Shown: in pieces, positions 10,088 through 21,562 of the stretch | Numbering within the stretch: position 1 is the stretch's first letter | Layout: the number at the start of each line of letters is the position of its first letter | Source: Paramoeba atlantica | Lineage: Eukaryota; Protista; Discosea | Direction of reading: 5' to 3' | NCBI GenBank assembly: GCA_977017575.1 | Contig: CDRNVI010000003.1 | Location: forward strand, 1-64,000 | DNA length: 64,000 nt | Translations under genes and position numbers: made by a program | The notes under the pieces: generated by a model | Told to the model about the DNA's origin: nothing | The model's database searches: none | Seen by the model: the letters and a program-made list of their open reading frames with translations, nothing else

Positions 10088-13050
10088 AAACTTTCCCTAT
10101 ATTTCTCTGTTCGGGCTGACGCTACAAGAGCTTGGCTTTATTTTCTTAAAGAACAAAATGTATTCTACTCAGATATTCACATATTGGAACAGAGAATAGA
10201 GGATTTGGTGAACGAAAGCAAAAGAATACTTGAAGAAACAACTGTTGTCAACAATGCCATTTCAGTGGCAGCTCCACTATTAGCTCATAAACGAAACGCG
10301 ATAGAAGAAGAAAAGCCGGAGGTAGAAAACGTTTTACTATGTGAACCTCCCCAACGAAATGCTGAGGATGAGATAGTCGAAAGCCTAACAAACCTCATAA
10401 AAGGTAATGACCAAAGAAGGCACCATGCCAGAATTCACGTTACAAGTGCAGCTAACGAGTTTAACGAGAATGACAATATTTTGGGAATGGGGTTTCCAGA
10501 TCTTTTTCCAGTTCTTTCTGAAGCGTCTGCCAATCTCCTAAAGCGCCCCCTTACTCCTGACAGCGGCCTGAAGCATTTGTTGTTGCAAAAAGACCCTCGT
10601 TGGTGCAGAAACGGAAATTTTGGTTTCTTACATTGGGATCAAATCAGGCGCCATTCCTTAGCTCGAAGTGTGAGGGTCAAGCCCAATATGTGGAAAAAAG
10701 CAAAGAAACTTTTGGAAAAAGAAAATATAATTGTGCAGTTGAAGGAGGCACAGAAGGACCCTCAACGAAAGGAAAATCGTAAGCTTCTGTTGGAAGCATG
10801 CAATGTCCTGCATATTGTAACTCGTGATGTTCCATTTTCCGACGCAGCTCGGAATGCGTGCTTTAAACAAATGGTGGCAATTCATGGGTTCATGGGTCAT
10901 CCGACACTCTACGTCACCGTATCCCCATGCGATCCAGATATGAAAATTACCCTGGAATACCTATACGCCTCTTCAAAAAGCGTGCAAGAGGATTTTCTAA
11001 TTGACGATGCGTACCAAAGAGTACAAAAAGTGCGAGATCACCCTGCATATGCAGCGCAAACATTTCATTTAATTATTGATGCGTTGCTTACCACGATATT
11101 TGGTGTAGTCCCGCACAAACGATTTAAAAAATCAGGCCAATCGGTCAGTGCTATTTCAGAAGAAATGCCCGTCGGAATTTTCAAGATTATGAAGGGAATG
11201 TTTGGGGTGTTTGAGACACAAGGTAGAGGAAATTTGCATATGCATATTGTTCTATGGGGCATCCCTCTCGCTGAGTATGCTTCCGAAAAGATTCATATGG
11301 AATCAGAAAGAAACAGTATAAGCCAATTAGTTTCTGATTGGATGACGGTTTCCGTGCCGTGGGATAAAGGAGATACGAGAAGCGTCGGGGGAAGAGTGGG
11401 GTTAGAGGCATTCCCGCCATTCGATAATCAGAAAGCCATGGATATCAGAGAGTATCGAGTTACATCAACTGTGCAACAGCATGTGCATACGGAGAAATGT
11501 TTCAAAAATATAGGTGTAGCGCCAACAAAATGCCGATATGCATACCCACGGCAGGTTACGCCATTGAATGCTTTTTATTATTTAAAACAATCAAGTTCTA
11601 CACCAGGAAAAGTAGTGGCAAAAACAGTTTCAGAAAATATGGCGGCCCGTGCTGAAAGTACAGAGCCCTCTTTCTTTGGTTATATGTATGTCACCCGACT
11701 TTCGTCCTCTATTGTACTTGCCTAAGAGATCATCAAGGGATAAAAATACTGCAGAATACAATTCGATAACGTCCTGCCTCCTGGGATTCAATACAAATGT
11801 TGTTTTTCTCGGATCAGGTTGCATTGCAGCGATAACTACTTTCTATCTTTTTAAATATTTATCCAAAAACTTGCTTGATATCAATACTTGTATTGGGGCA
11901 GTTCAAGCAGCAAAACACAAAGAAAAATACGGAAGCCGAAGATCGCACGAGAATTCATCAGACAAGTTGCTCTGCAATAGGCTTGGAAATAGTCAACTAG
12001 GAATGCAAGAAGTGTCGGCCCAGCTGGCCATGTATTGTTGCCTTGGTTATGAGTCGGAAGAATGCAGCCATATAGTTTCCTACTTGGATGTACGGCAGGC
12101 ATCTAAATTAATGGTCAAAGGCGTTGGAGGAGTACAGGAAGACGGAACAGAGACTGATAGCGAAATATCAGACAATGAAGGCCTCTCTGATGTGATTGGC
12201 GGAGGTGGCGAAGTGGCAAGAATTCAAAGTTTGAAGCACATGGTGCTCAGAAGGCGAGTTCAAACCCGCTCATCGCAATATTCCTGGCGGCCTCACTCTA
12301 AGAGGCTGGGCTGAGAACCGACTAGGCCCAGTACTCGGAGGACCGTCCCGGACCCTCCCCTCAGGGAACCAGCTCCCTTACACGGCTTACACCTCTTGGG
12401 TAAGCCGTGTTGACGTACAGTTCGTCGACGCAGCGTGTTGGCAACAGCACGTTGGTGCCGCCTTGGACAAGAGGAAACTGGTAGAGGACGTCGGCCTCGG
12501 AACTTCCAAATCTGTCTGTGAAGGGTCTGGCTTGCCAGTGACCATCCGGAGCAATCCGGAATGATTTGGATTGGATTTTTTTTTTTGGATTTGGAGGGAA
12601 CCAGCTCCCTTACACGGCCCACACCTCTTGGGTAAGCCGTGTTGACGTACAGTTCGTCGACGCAGCGTGTTGGCAACAGCACGTTGGTGCCGCCTTGGAC
12701 AAGAGGAAACTGGTAGAGGACGTCGGCCTCGGAACTTCCAAATCTGTCTGTGAAGGGTCTGGGCTTGCCAGTGACCATCCGGAGCAATCCGGAGTGATTA
12801 AAAAAAAAAATTAGATGTGATTGTAAGGGATGACGGGTCTACTGAAATGTGCAGTAAGGCTCTGGACTATTACTTTCGAGGCACAGAACTTGAGTTCTTA
12901 AATTTTTACCTTTACGACGCCATTATTGCGAGAGTTCGCATATCATCAGTGAAAATAATTGGTAAAACCAAGAAAGGGAGATCAAGAAACACTACATTCG
13001 CATTCAAGAAAGGACATCCGCTGATTGAAACTTTTACTCAGCGAATTTCT
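10088..13050 (+). pseudogene. Helitron Rep (HUH endonuclease) region, disrupted
   Basis: GHPTLYVTVSP, FETQGRGNLHMHIVLWG, QQHVHTEKC...CRYAYP, YNSITSCLLGFNTNVVFLGSG...YLFKYLSK, DYYFRG...HPL; frameshift near 11720 and a SINE dimer inserted at 12199. Confidence 0.9.
12199..12813 (+). mobile_element. Head-to-tail dimer of SINE-like element (full copy + 5'-truncated copy) with poly(A) and 10-bp TSD
   Basis: GATGTGATTG at 12189-12198 and 12814-12823 flanks the insert; A run at the 3' end; the Helitron reading resumes after it. Confidence 0.9.
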
Positions 13051-16000
13051 TTTTTAGGCTCTTCGTTAAACGCGGTGGTTGTTTTCAACTTAGAAGTCAA
13101 AGAAAAAAGAGAATTTAGCCTGGAAAACGGAAAGATTATAGCCAAAAATAGCCGAAATTCGGGTAAAAATGGGGTGATTTTTGGGTATTTTTGCTGTCAG
13201 AGCACTAAATCCGACATTTGCGCGTGGGAAATCACTCGTAGGCATGAATGGAAGCCTACCGAACGTATTGGGTAGAGAATGCGACTCCAACCATACCATT
13301 ATTTCGACACAAAAATGCCCCTTTAGGTCCGAAAAATACTTTTTCACCTTTTTTAGTCAAAAATGGGTCATTTTGAGTGGCGCACCACGGTTCGAAGAAG
13401 GGATACCTTGCGAAAACAACTGCGGATAAAGCTAGTGTAGGTCCCAAACTATCAAAATACAATACGGGAAACGATCTTTTTTTTGTCATTTTTTTCGCCA
13501 AGTTGAATTTTTTTTCCTCCTTCCACAAGCAATCAGCCCACCCCAAACTAGCAAACAATTTCCCCCCATGAAGCCGCCTCCCTGAAGAGGGATGCAGTGA
13601 AAAAGTGACACCCGGAATGTAAAAACACCCGGGGGTTTTTCCTACCCCCCACACTGCGCCCTACCACCCATAATTAAATCCCAGCTCGTACCGGTTGAGC
13701 TCACGAGTAGAAAACCCATTTCGCATGAACATTACTCTTCGATTCCGTATCCATTAATAATCGCGTCGGGGGATGATGTAAGCAGCCGCAATACGAGCAT
13801 ACGAGCTTGTGCCCTCATTAGGGCGACGTTTAGTGTCGTCACGAGTTAGTGTAGTGCTTCCCCCTTCGAGAGCGTGCCCCCGGAGTACGCTGCCCGGGAA
13901 GTGGCGACTTCCTTGAGTATCACGAAGGCACTGGGGCACCATGCCCCATATGACTCCACCGCTATAGCGCCAAACTTGTGACGCGCTGCGTCTTCTTCCT
14001 CTCTTTGTTTCTTCTTGTTCTCCGCAAAAGACCCCGCCGTCACCCAGTTAGCATCACGGACTAAGTCCGTATACTTTGGCTGCTGAACATGCGTGACGGC
14101 GAAGTCTAATACAAGAGACTGGCCTACGTCGAAAGTAGAGAGGAAGACGTCCCCTGGCCTAGTGAGGGCGCTCCCAGGACCCGTGTTCCCCAGGCTCACT
14201 TCTCGCCGCGGGGTAAACCCAGCTTTCGCGCATTCTGAGGAGAACTGTCCCGCTATAGCGTTGTGTCGTGATATGATACCGTTCCCGCACTTGCATACCA
14301 GTGCGTGGTCACCCTCGGGGTCAAGTGACAGCGCGCATTTCTCCATAGGACATGGCCGGGAAGCCGGGTAAATAGCGTCTCCGAGCCACCACCGCACAAG
14401 AGTACGAAATTCAGTTGGTGTGTAGGCCAAGCCGTTTTTCTTAGAGGGGATTACGAAAGCCCACTCTGAGGCCCCTTCCCCCGTTTCCGATATCCATCTG
14501 GCCCTCGTTCGGAGATCGGCACGAGAAAAGGCCTCCCGAAATTCGCGGGAGGCGATGGCATGACTAAGATCACGATGGCGAGGGATTACGAGCTCTTGGC
14601 TAGATTCCTGCTCGTTATTATTTGAGTAAGGAGAGTCCGTCGACAATGCGAGACTTTTCGGTATTAATCCACATTGTTGTAGCACAGTTGTCCCGGAGCT
14701 TTTATTGACCTCCTGTACAGCTTGGTTGAACCCCTCGGCATCCGCCGGGTCCCATCGGTCCTTGTCTGAGGCGAAAGCGACGGAGGCCACGTATGCGGAA
14801 CTCGAGTGTTCCTCCGCTGACCGGAGCCCCAACCCCCCGTACCGCTTTTCGCGTTGTGCCTGGCGTCGGGCCCTATCGCTCAGAGGGCGAAAGAAATGTT
14901 CAGTGGTATGTTGGACAGCATCATCTAAGCGTTTGCAGAGGTCCTGTAGTTCTGCTGTTGGGGTTGTTCTGAGCGAGTGCACCATTTGACAAAAACCCGT
15001 ACAGTGCCGGATCAGAGACAAGGCGATCTGTGGGTCTTCGAGCGCCGTTATAGCCTGCAACGATTCTTCGGCCAAGTCGATCGCATTGTTGAGGATGAAC
15101 TCGCGGCAAAATTTGGTGGACCCAACTGGTTGACTCCCCAAAATATGGAAATTGCCTTCTGTATTTTTATTCAAACCGGGGATATCAGGGAAAAGGGAGG
15201 AACGGTGGGAGGAGGCGGAGTGAGATGTAAGCTCGCACTTGGCGGCATTGAGATGTAAACCCCATTTTGGTCCGGATAATGTAATCACATCCAGTGCGTG
15301 CCGTACGTCGCTAGATGGACCGGCGATTACCCCGTCATCTAAGTACCAGAGGTTTAGGGTGAGTTTCGGGGCGGCCGCACGGATTTCCATGGCAACTTCT
15401 TTCATGACCAGTGAGAAAAGAAGAGGGCCCAGTGGGTCACCTTGCTGTACGCCTTCGGAGGATGCGATGGTGCGGGAACCAAAGGTAAGAACGCTTCCAG
15501 TATTGTAACACCATTCCACATAGGAAGCCAGTTTAGGGAAGTGTTGGCGTGCTCGGGCCGTGAAAGAATCCCGTGAAACATTGTTAAATGCGTTTTTGAG
15601 ATCAACCTTGCACAGTAAAAAATCGTCGTCATCAGTGTGTTCGGCAAAGGTCTTCCGGCAGAGGTGTATCACCCTTTCTGCACCCGCAGGTGTAGCTACA
15701 CCGTACTGGTGCCCTTTGAAAAGTTTGCGGGCCTGCCCCCTAGCAGCGAAGCAGGCGACTTTGCTTGCCAAGCGACGAAGGGTTTCTCCAGCTGCAATCG
15801 GGCGTACGTCATGTTCCCATTTTTTCAAGGCGCACAACCGACCCCCCGCGTAGTGGTCTTGGGCTTCTAAAGGTACTTTTCCTGCGAGCATGTGATTGAT
15901 GAATTTGGTGATTGTGCCCAGAGTGTCGGTATACGCGTCATGATGATACTGCGTTTGAAGTTGAATTTTTTTTCATTTTTTTTTTTCCGAAAAAATCCGT

Positions 16001-16347
16001 ACTTGGAGGACCCGTCCTGCGGATACGCGGGGGGGTCACCCCCGGGTAGGGGGGTGGAAAATGCGCGCCAAGACCCCGGCTACCCTTTCTGCGGTTTTTT
16101 TTCGAAAACTAATTTTTTCGAAAAAATTTGCTCGACCATGACCCCCTCCGGACACCATGACCCCCCCCAGACCCCCCCCTGGACCCCCCATTTTTTTCAA
16201 TTTTTTTTTTCAGTTTTGGACCACCGGAGCCCCCTTCTATATTTTTTTCTTCTATTATATTACTGTGTTCCTCTTTATATTTTCACTGTTTTTGTTCACT
16301 TTTTTTTCAATAATCGAGTGTAGAGCGGTAGTTTTACAACCACCGCA
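13050..16347. repeat. Hairpin-ended dispersed repeat copy split by the CRE-like insertion (13050-13516 and 15958-16347)
   Basis: The two parts join into the consensus seen at 34045-34925 and 59800-60660. Confidence 0.85.
13517..15957 (-). mobile_element. 5'-truncated CRE/SLACS-type non-LTR retrotransposon (RT + Zn knuckle + restriction-like endonuclease); ORF 13846-15891
   Basis: QYGVATPAGAE, VDLKNAFNNVSR, GVQQGDPLGPLLF, WYLDDG, GGLGL, CPMEKC...DHALVC, RHNAI, RPGDVF, LDFAVT, VESYG; 17-bp TSD AAGTTGAATTTTTTTTC at 13500-13516 and 15958-15974. Confidence 0.92.
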
Positions 16348-16479
16348 ATACGGAGCAAATATGTTATCCCATCTCCAGGGTATATACCACACTGTTCACA
16401 TCTCCGGGGTGTCGCCACAGATTGCGATCATTCTACAACTGTTTTAGCAAAAAAACACGCGAAATATTTTTCTGCCCTT

Positions 16480-16700
16480 ATGCGCCCCTTCTCAAAAGAT
16501 AAGAAAATGTCATATAGGCCAAGCGACTGGAAAGAGTACTTGAAGATACTCAAGGAGTGTAGTGAGGGAAAAAAGGTGGAAGGAACGGAATACCCTCCGG
16601 AAATTTGCTCTTGCTTAATTAAGATCATCAATAACTTGAGAATCGGAATTCAGGATTCTTCCTTTGAAGAACCAAGATGCATGATCAACATGTTTCCAAA
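16480..16700 (+). pseudogene. Possible degenerate LINE RT N-terminal fragment
   Basis: PFS...GKKVEGTEYPPEI...LIKIINNL loosely resembles the GKAPGxDxIPxE region of the other RTs. Confidence 0.35.
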
Positions 16701-16704
16701 TCAT

Positions 16705-17095
16705 CAAATTCAAATCATTCCGGATTGCTCCGGATGGTCACTGGCAAGCCAGACCCTTCACAGACAGATTTGGAAGTTCCGAGGCAAACGTCCTCTACAA
16801 GTTTCCGCTTTTCCAAGGCGGCACCAACGTGCTGTTGCCAACACGCTGCGTCGACGAACTGTACGTCAACACGGCTTACCCAAGAGCAAGCCGGGTAAGG
16901 GAGCTGGTTCCCTGAGGGGAGGGTCCGGGACGGTCCTCCGAGTACTGGGCCTAGTCGGTTATCAGCCCAGCCTCTTAGAGTGAGGCCGCCGGGAATATTG
17001 CGATGAGCGGGTTTGAACTCGCCGTCTGAGCACCATGTGCTTCAAACTTTGTGTTCTTGCCACTCCTCCACTCCTCCACACTCCGCCACTCCTCA
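16705..17095 (-). mobile_element. SINE-like element copy with internal deletion
   Basis: Near-identical blocks to 19015-19410; partly reiterated 5' head at 17060-17095. Confidence 0.85.
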
Positions 17096-17472
17096 ACATG
17101 TTTAGGCACCAGGAAGCTACTACTTATGAAGAATGGAAATCAAAAGGCTTAACAGAAACAGCGCAAGATGTTGCAGAAGCTACTGGGTGTTTAGGAAAAA
17201 GAAGCTGCGGATGGAATTCAGGAAGCGAACGATCTCCTTGCACAACATCAAGCAAATTCGAAGAAAGGAAAGAAAAGAAACGTTGAAACTGAACTTTTCT
17301 TGGTTGGTTCAAGTAGAAAGGCTTTTGAAAGATACATGGACATCGGATCAGAGAACATACATACATACATAAACATTGGCAGATAATACATTATTGTCTA
17401 CCAATTGGTAAACTCTCTATTCTCCCCAAAAAGTCACTATACTTTCACTTAAACTCAAGGACCCTTTCACAA

Positions 17473-18078
17473 TTATTCTTCTGCGACTTTCGGTTTTGTC
17501 GCTCTACGTCTTGCAAAATTCTTCTTTTCCTGCGAATCCGTCGATCTCGATTTTTTCTGATTTAGGGATTCTAACGCAATAGAATGTGCCTCGTCGATCA
17601 GCTTTGTTTTCCGTTTCCGGGATAAGCAAGTTCTTTCTGGAATGGTGCAATTCGGTTGTTCCATCATAATCTTTAGGGCCCTGATCCATGCATATTCAGA
17701 AAATAGCACTATTTTCCCCTGAGTATTCGGTTTAATTCTCTTGACACGTGGCTCATTTTCAGTATGTTTTCTTAATAAAGAGTCCGCTTCAGAATTCCAC
17801 TTATTACCGCAGTGTGCTCGAACCTTAATGATATTAATTGTAATTCCATTGTTTTTCAATGATCGTAAGCAAGAGTCAAGAAATTGCAGCAGATCTGAGT
17901 TTGACCCATCGTACCCAACAAGTCTCTCCCTTTTTTGACGAATGTGCACAAAATCCCACACGTAGTAGGAGTCCGTGTGTATGCTGACATGTTTAGAGGT
18001 ATTTATATGACTGAGGCCAACAAGAATAGCATGCACTTCAGCTCGCTCCGGTGAGTTTGTCTCTGCGGCCGATAGCAT
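17473..18078 (-). pseudogene. LINE C-terminal RNase H fragment
   Basis: SPERAEVHAIL, IHTDSYYVW, IKVRAHCGNKWNSEADSL followed by a basic tail, as in the other LINE copies. Confidence 0.85.
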
Positions 18079-18087
18079 ACATGTATA

Positions 18088-18129
18088 TGATTATATATAT
18101 AAAGATACAGTTTCTGTACCTTGTTGGTA
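18088..18129 (+). ncRNA. Spliced-leader (mini-exon)-like sequence, 5' end non-canonical; SL RNA pseudogene or retrocopied SL
   Basis: TATATAAAGATACAGTTTCTGTACCTTGTTG|GTA: exact kinetoplastid/diplonemid SL core ACAGTTTCTGTAC plus TTG|GTA at the canonical spacing; the usual AAC(T/C)AAC start is absent. Confidence 0.6.
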
Positions 18130-18159
18130 CATTTTCCCTTTAGTTCATCTTTTCTTTCC

Positions 18160-18590
18160 CCGGCAACGGGCATAATCTTACTGTTTTATATGCCCGTTGC
18201 CGGCCGGCACTAAGGCCGAAACTGTCCCTCTTTCTCGGCGAAGTAGGGGACGCGCTTCCACCCCATCACCCCTCCCCGGCTCACTCCTTGAGTGGGTTTT
18301 CTTCCCTCCCCGGCTTTCTTCCCTTCGCGCCCTTTTCTTCCCGGGGAGCCATGCGCCATGGTGGCCTCCCTTGAGGACCACTGGGCGTGGCTCTGCCTCG
18401 CATTATCGCGAGGCAGCGGTCGGTTGCAGTGCGCCCCTCCGGCTGCGTAAAGAGGTGGTGAGTTGCCTGGACCACCTCTACCGACTGAGACCGAGTCGGT
18501 TGCAGTGCGCCCCTCCGGCTGCGTAAAGAGGGGGCGAGTTGCCTGGACCCCCTCTACCGACAGAGTCCGAGCTAAACCCCCTTGGTGCGA
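18160..18590. other. GC-rich, strongly self-complementary segment with several hairpins and two tandem ~67-nt three-way-junction units
   Basis: Perfect 15-bp arms CCGGCAACGGGCATA/TATGCCCGTTGCCGG; CTGCCTCGC/GCGAGGCAG; duplicated GTCGGTTGCAG...TCTACCGAC with compensatory differences in one stem. Confidence 0.6.
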
Positions 18591-18619
18591 CATCCGTCAA
18601 TACGGATTGTGCCGATGAT

Positions 18620-18985
18620 ATCGGCTGTCGCATCAAGGGCTGTATCTCTGCGCCAACGAGCGCATGAACATCAAAATGCATTGTGACTTCCTTGTAAAGT
18701 AACGCATCCGACTGCTGGACTCCTCGAAGCAATACTCCGATCCGGAATCGATGCATCGACATATACATGCAACTCCTCAGGCCTAATAGGAAAGAGTTTT
18801 TCACCTTCTTCCACAAATTGAAGCTTACTGGAATCTGGGTCTTTACATAGTCTAGCTTGTGTCGTTTTCCATTTTTTGTTCTTGACCCCCACCAGGGATA
18901 CACTGGGTTCTAAGGACTCTTGCAAATTTTCAAGTAATTTCCGCCAATTCTCCCTGTCAAAAGCGTAAGCAAACATTTCTTCCAT
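18620..18985 (-). pseudogene. LINE post-RT linker and start of RNase H (divergent family)
   Basis: YAFDRENWRKL...LQFVEEGEKLFP...LHVYVDAS parallels YSQDREHWQKL...FQFVEEGPEPFP...VHMYIDGS in the intact ORF. Confidence 0.85.
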
Positions 18986-19014
18986 CTCTATACCAAGGTC
19001 TTGAGCGCACGCTT

Positions 19015-19410
19015 CGAAAAAAAAAAAAAAAAATCCAAATCATTCCGGATTGCTCCGGATGGTTACTGGCAAGCCAGACCCTTCACAGACAGATTTGGAA
19101 GTTCCGAGGCCGACGTCCTCTACCAGTTTCCGCTTGTCCAAGGCGGCACCAACGTGCTGTTACCAACACGCTGCGTCGACGAACTGTACGTCAACACGGC
19201 TTACCCAAGAGGTGTAAGCCGGGTAAGGGAGCTGGTTCCCTGAGGGGAGGGTCCGGGACGGTCCTCCGAGTACTGGGCCTAGTCGGTTATCAGCCCAGCC
19301 TCTTAGAGTGAGGCCGCCAGGAATATTGCGATGAGCGGGTTTGAACTCGCCTTCTGAGCACCATGTGCTTCAAACTTTGAGTTCTTGCCACTCCGCCACC
19401 TCCGCTCTCC
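19015..19410 (-). mobile_element. Full-length ~390-nt structured SINE-like element
   Basis: Starts GAGCGGAGGTGGCGGAGTGG, ends ATCCGGAATGATTTGGA + T run; near-identical to the TSD-flanked copy at 12199. Confidence 0.88.
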
Positions 19411-21230
19411 GCACGCTTCGGCAGGAGACGGGAGCCCAGCTTTTGAACGAAAGTTCCATTTGATGAGCTCCACGTAAATAGAAGAGTGGCGAATTTGATG
19501 TCCAACCAGGCGGGAACGACTTACGAGATGTATGGTTTCGAAACGGAAGAAAGAACTGGTTTCTTCCACGTAAATAGAAGAGTGGCGAATTTGATGTCCA
19601 ACCAGGCGGGCACGACTTACGAGATGTATGGTTTCGAAACGTGGTGTCTTATTGTACAAGGATTCAAGTGGATAACATTTCTGGTGTTCAACTACGCCCA
19701 TCGCATCGCATACAATGCGTCGCATGTGATTTATCTGGACATCTGCACGCCGAATTTGGGATTTAGAGAGATAAAGCGACGAAGAACCATAATTTACAAT
19801 AGGGTAAACTAAGGTATCAAAGAGGCGAAGCTTGGTTTTCGTTCCCAAGGGAGAAATCCATATGCCACGCAATTTGGAGAAGCATAAGATGCTTCTCAAA
19901 ATTCTGCCCAGAACCATGATAAAAAGGTAGGGAGCAAACACATCGCCTTGAAGTATGCCTGATGTAATGGGGAATGATGCAGTTTTGCCGAAAGGCGTCC
20001 GCACCAAGCCCTCCAAATCAGAATATAATGACATTGTAAGTCGTCTGAGCATAGGTCCAACGTGGAAGGCTTTTAAGGCGGCTTCGATAGCAGCATGGGA
20101 TACGGATGGAAATGCGCTGGCGAAGTCCACAAAGGCAAGGTAAAACTTGTCACCTCTTCCTGATTTCGAGAGCAACTCATTTAGCAACACCTGGGCTCCA
20201 TTGGTGGAGCGTTCCGGTCGAAAACCGAACTGGTTTTCTCGAAGAACGCGCTCCACTACAGGTCTTACTCTGTTTAGTATCATCGCATTAATGAGTTTTA
20301 CTATTTTGTTAACCAAACAAATGGGTCTCCAGTTTGCCAGCTCTGCTGTATCCCCTTTTTTAGGGACCGGTACTTGCACGGCCTGTTTCCATACATTGTG
20401 AGTTTTCACGCTTTCATAGGCTTGATTTATCATGTCAAGAACCATTTTTCGGAGTTTATTGTTATCGAAAATGCAGCAGTAGGCTTCCGCCGGGATATCG
20501 TCTAGACCTGGGGCCCGCCCTTTGCCGAGCTGATGCGCCGCTGTAAGCATTTCATGTTCCCCGAAAATTTTATCATCTATTTCACCTATGTAATTATCGG
20601 CTTCAGGAAATATCATTTCCGTGCTGCTAGAACCTCGATTGGCCATTTTGGCGAAAAATGCTCTCACAGTTTCAAGCCTTTTTCTTCTGGATTCACCTTC
20701 TCCGAAATCAAACGTCTTTCTCCTGATACCACAGATTTCCCTTAAGTAATTCCATGGGCTTGAGTGATTTTTCCGTAGTTTGGATTCTAGACTATTACAT
20801 TCATTTTCAATGACGTTTTCAATGTGAGTTTGGTGATTATGAACAAGTTTTTGAAAGCATTTTTTGGAGCGACTGGCTTCGAACACCTTTCGTAGTGTGT
20901 TGGTATTTTCCTGAACCTCTGTCTGTTGCAAAAAGTCTGATTCTATCTTTCCTGTGTCTGAGAGAAACTTCTCCGCCGCCTTGCGCATTGTTCCCGTAAG
21001 CACCTCCCATATTTCACCCTGTTCACCCCCTTCAGCGACCACCGCATCAACAGCATTAGCAGTGTATTCATTAAAAGCTTTCTTAGATTCGTCAGACCGC
21101 AGTTTTTGCCAGGATATCGCAGTGCTGCCTTTCTCTGCGGGGGCTTTCCATTTGATCGCAAGGTGAACTGCAAGGTCATCGCAAGGTCGTCGCCGCGGCA
21201 AAAAGACATAAGGCTCCGCCTTCTGCCTTT
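19410..21230 (-). pseudogene. Family-D LINE linker + RT fragment with internal deletion and a ~75-bp tandem duplication (19470-19640)
   Basis: GKGRAPGLDDIPAE, WRPICLVN, QFGFRPERST, DFASAFPSV, GILQGDVFAPYLF; the YADD segment is deleted. Confidence 0.9.
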
Positions 21231-21450
21231 TTGCCTTGCGCCTCCACCTTCCTCTATGGCCTTGCGTGTCACACACTTCCAGGTAAAGTTTGGCCTTTGT
21301 AGGTGTATTTGCGGAATATCGAGGGGAGGACCGTCCCGGACCCTCCCCTCAGGGAACCAGCTCCCTTACCCGGCTTACACCTCTTGGGTGAGCCGTGTTG
21401 ACGTGAATTCGTCGACGCAGCGTGTTCGCAACAGCACGTTGGTGCCGCCT

Positions 21451-21562
21451 TGATTTCTTCCTATTAAGTTGATTTCTTCCTATTAAGTTGATTTCTTCCT
21501 ATTAAGTTGATTTATTCCTATTAAGTTGATTTCTTCCTATTAAGTTGATTTCTTCCTATTAA
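21451..21562 (+). repeat. Tandem array of 6 x 19-bp unit (GTTGATTTCTTCCTATTAA) at the 5' end of family-F LINE
   Basis: Six units readable, one with a substitution; directly precedes the AEASGPF-type N-terminus. Confidence 0.92.

Noticed and set aside
19085-19115. GGAAGTTCCGAG in the SINE reverse strand resembles RNase P CR-I
   Set aside because: No matching CR-V to form P4 was found, and TSD plus poly(A) show that the opposite strand is the retroposed sense.
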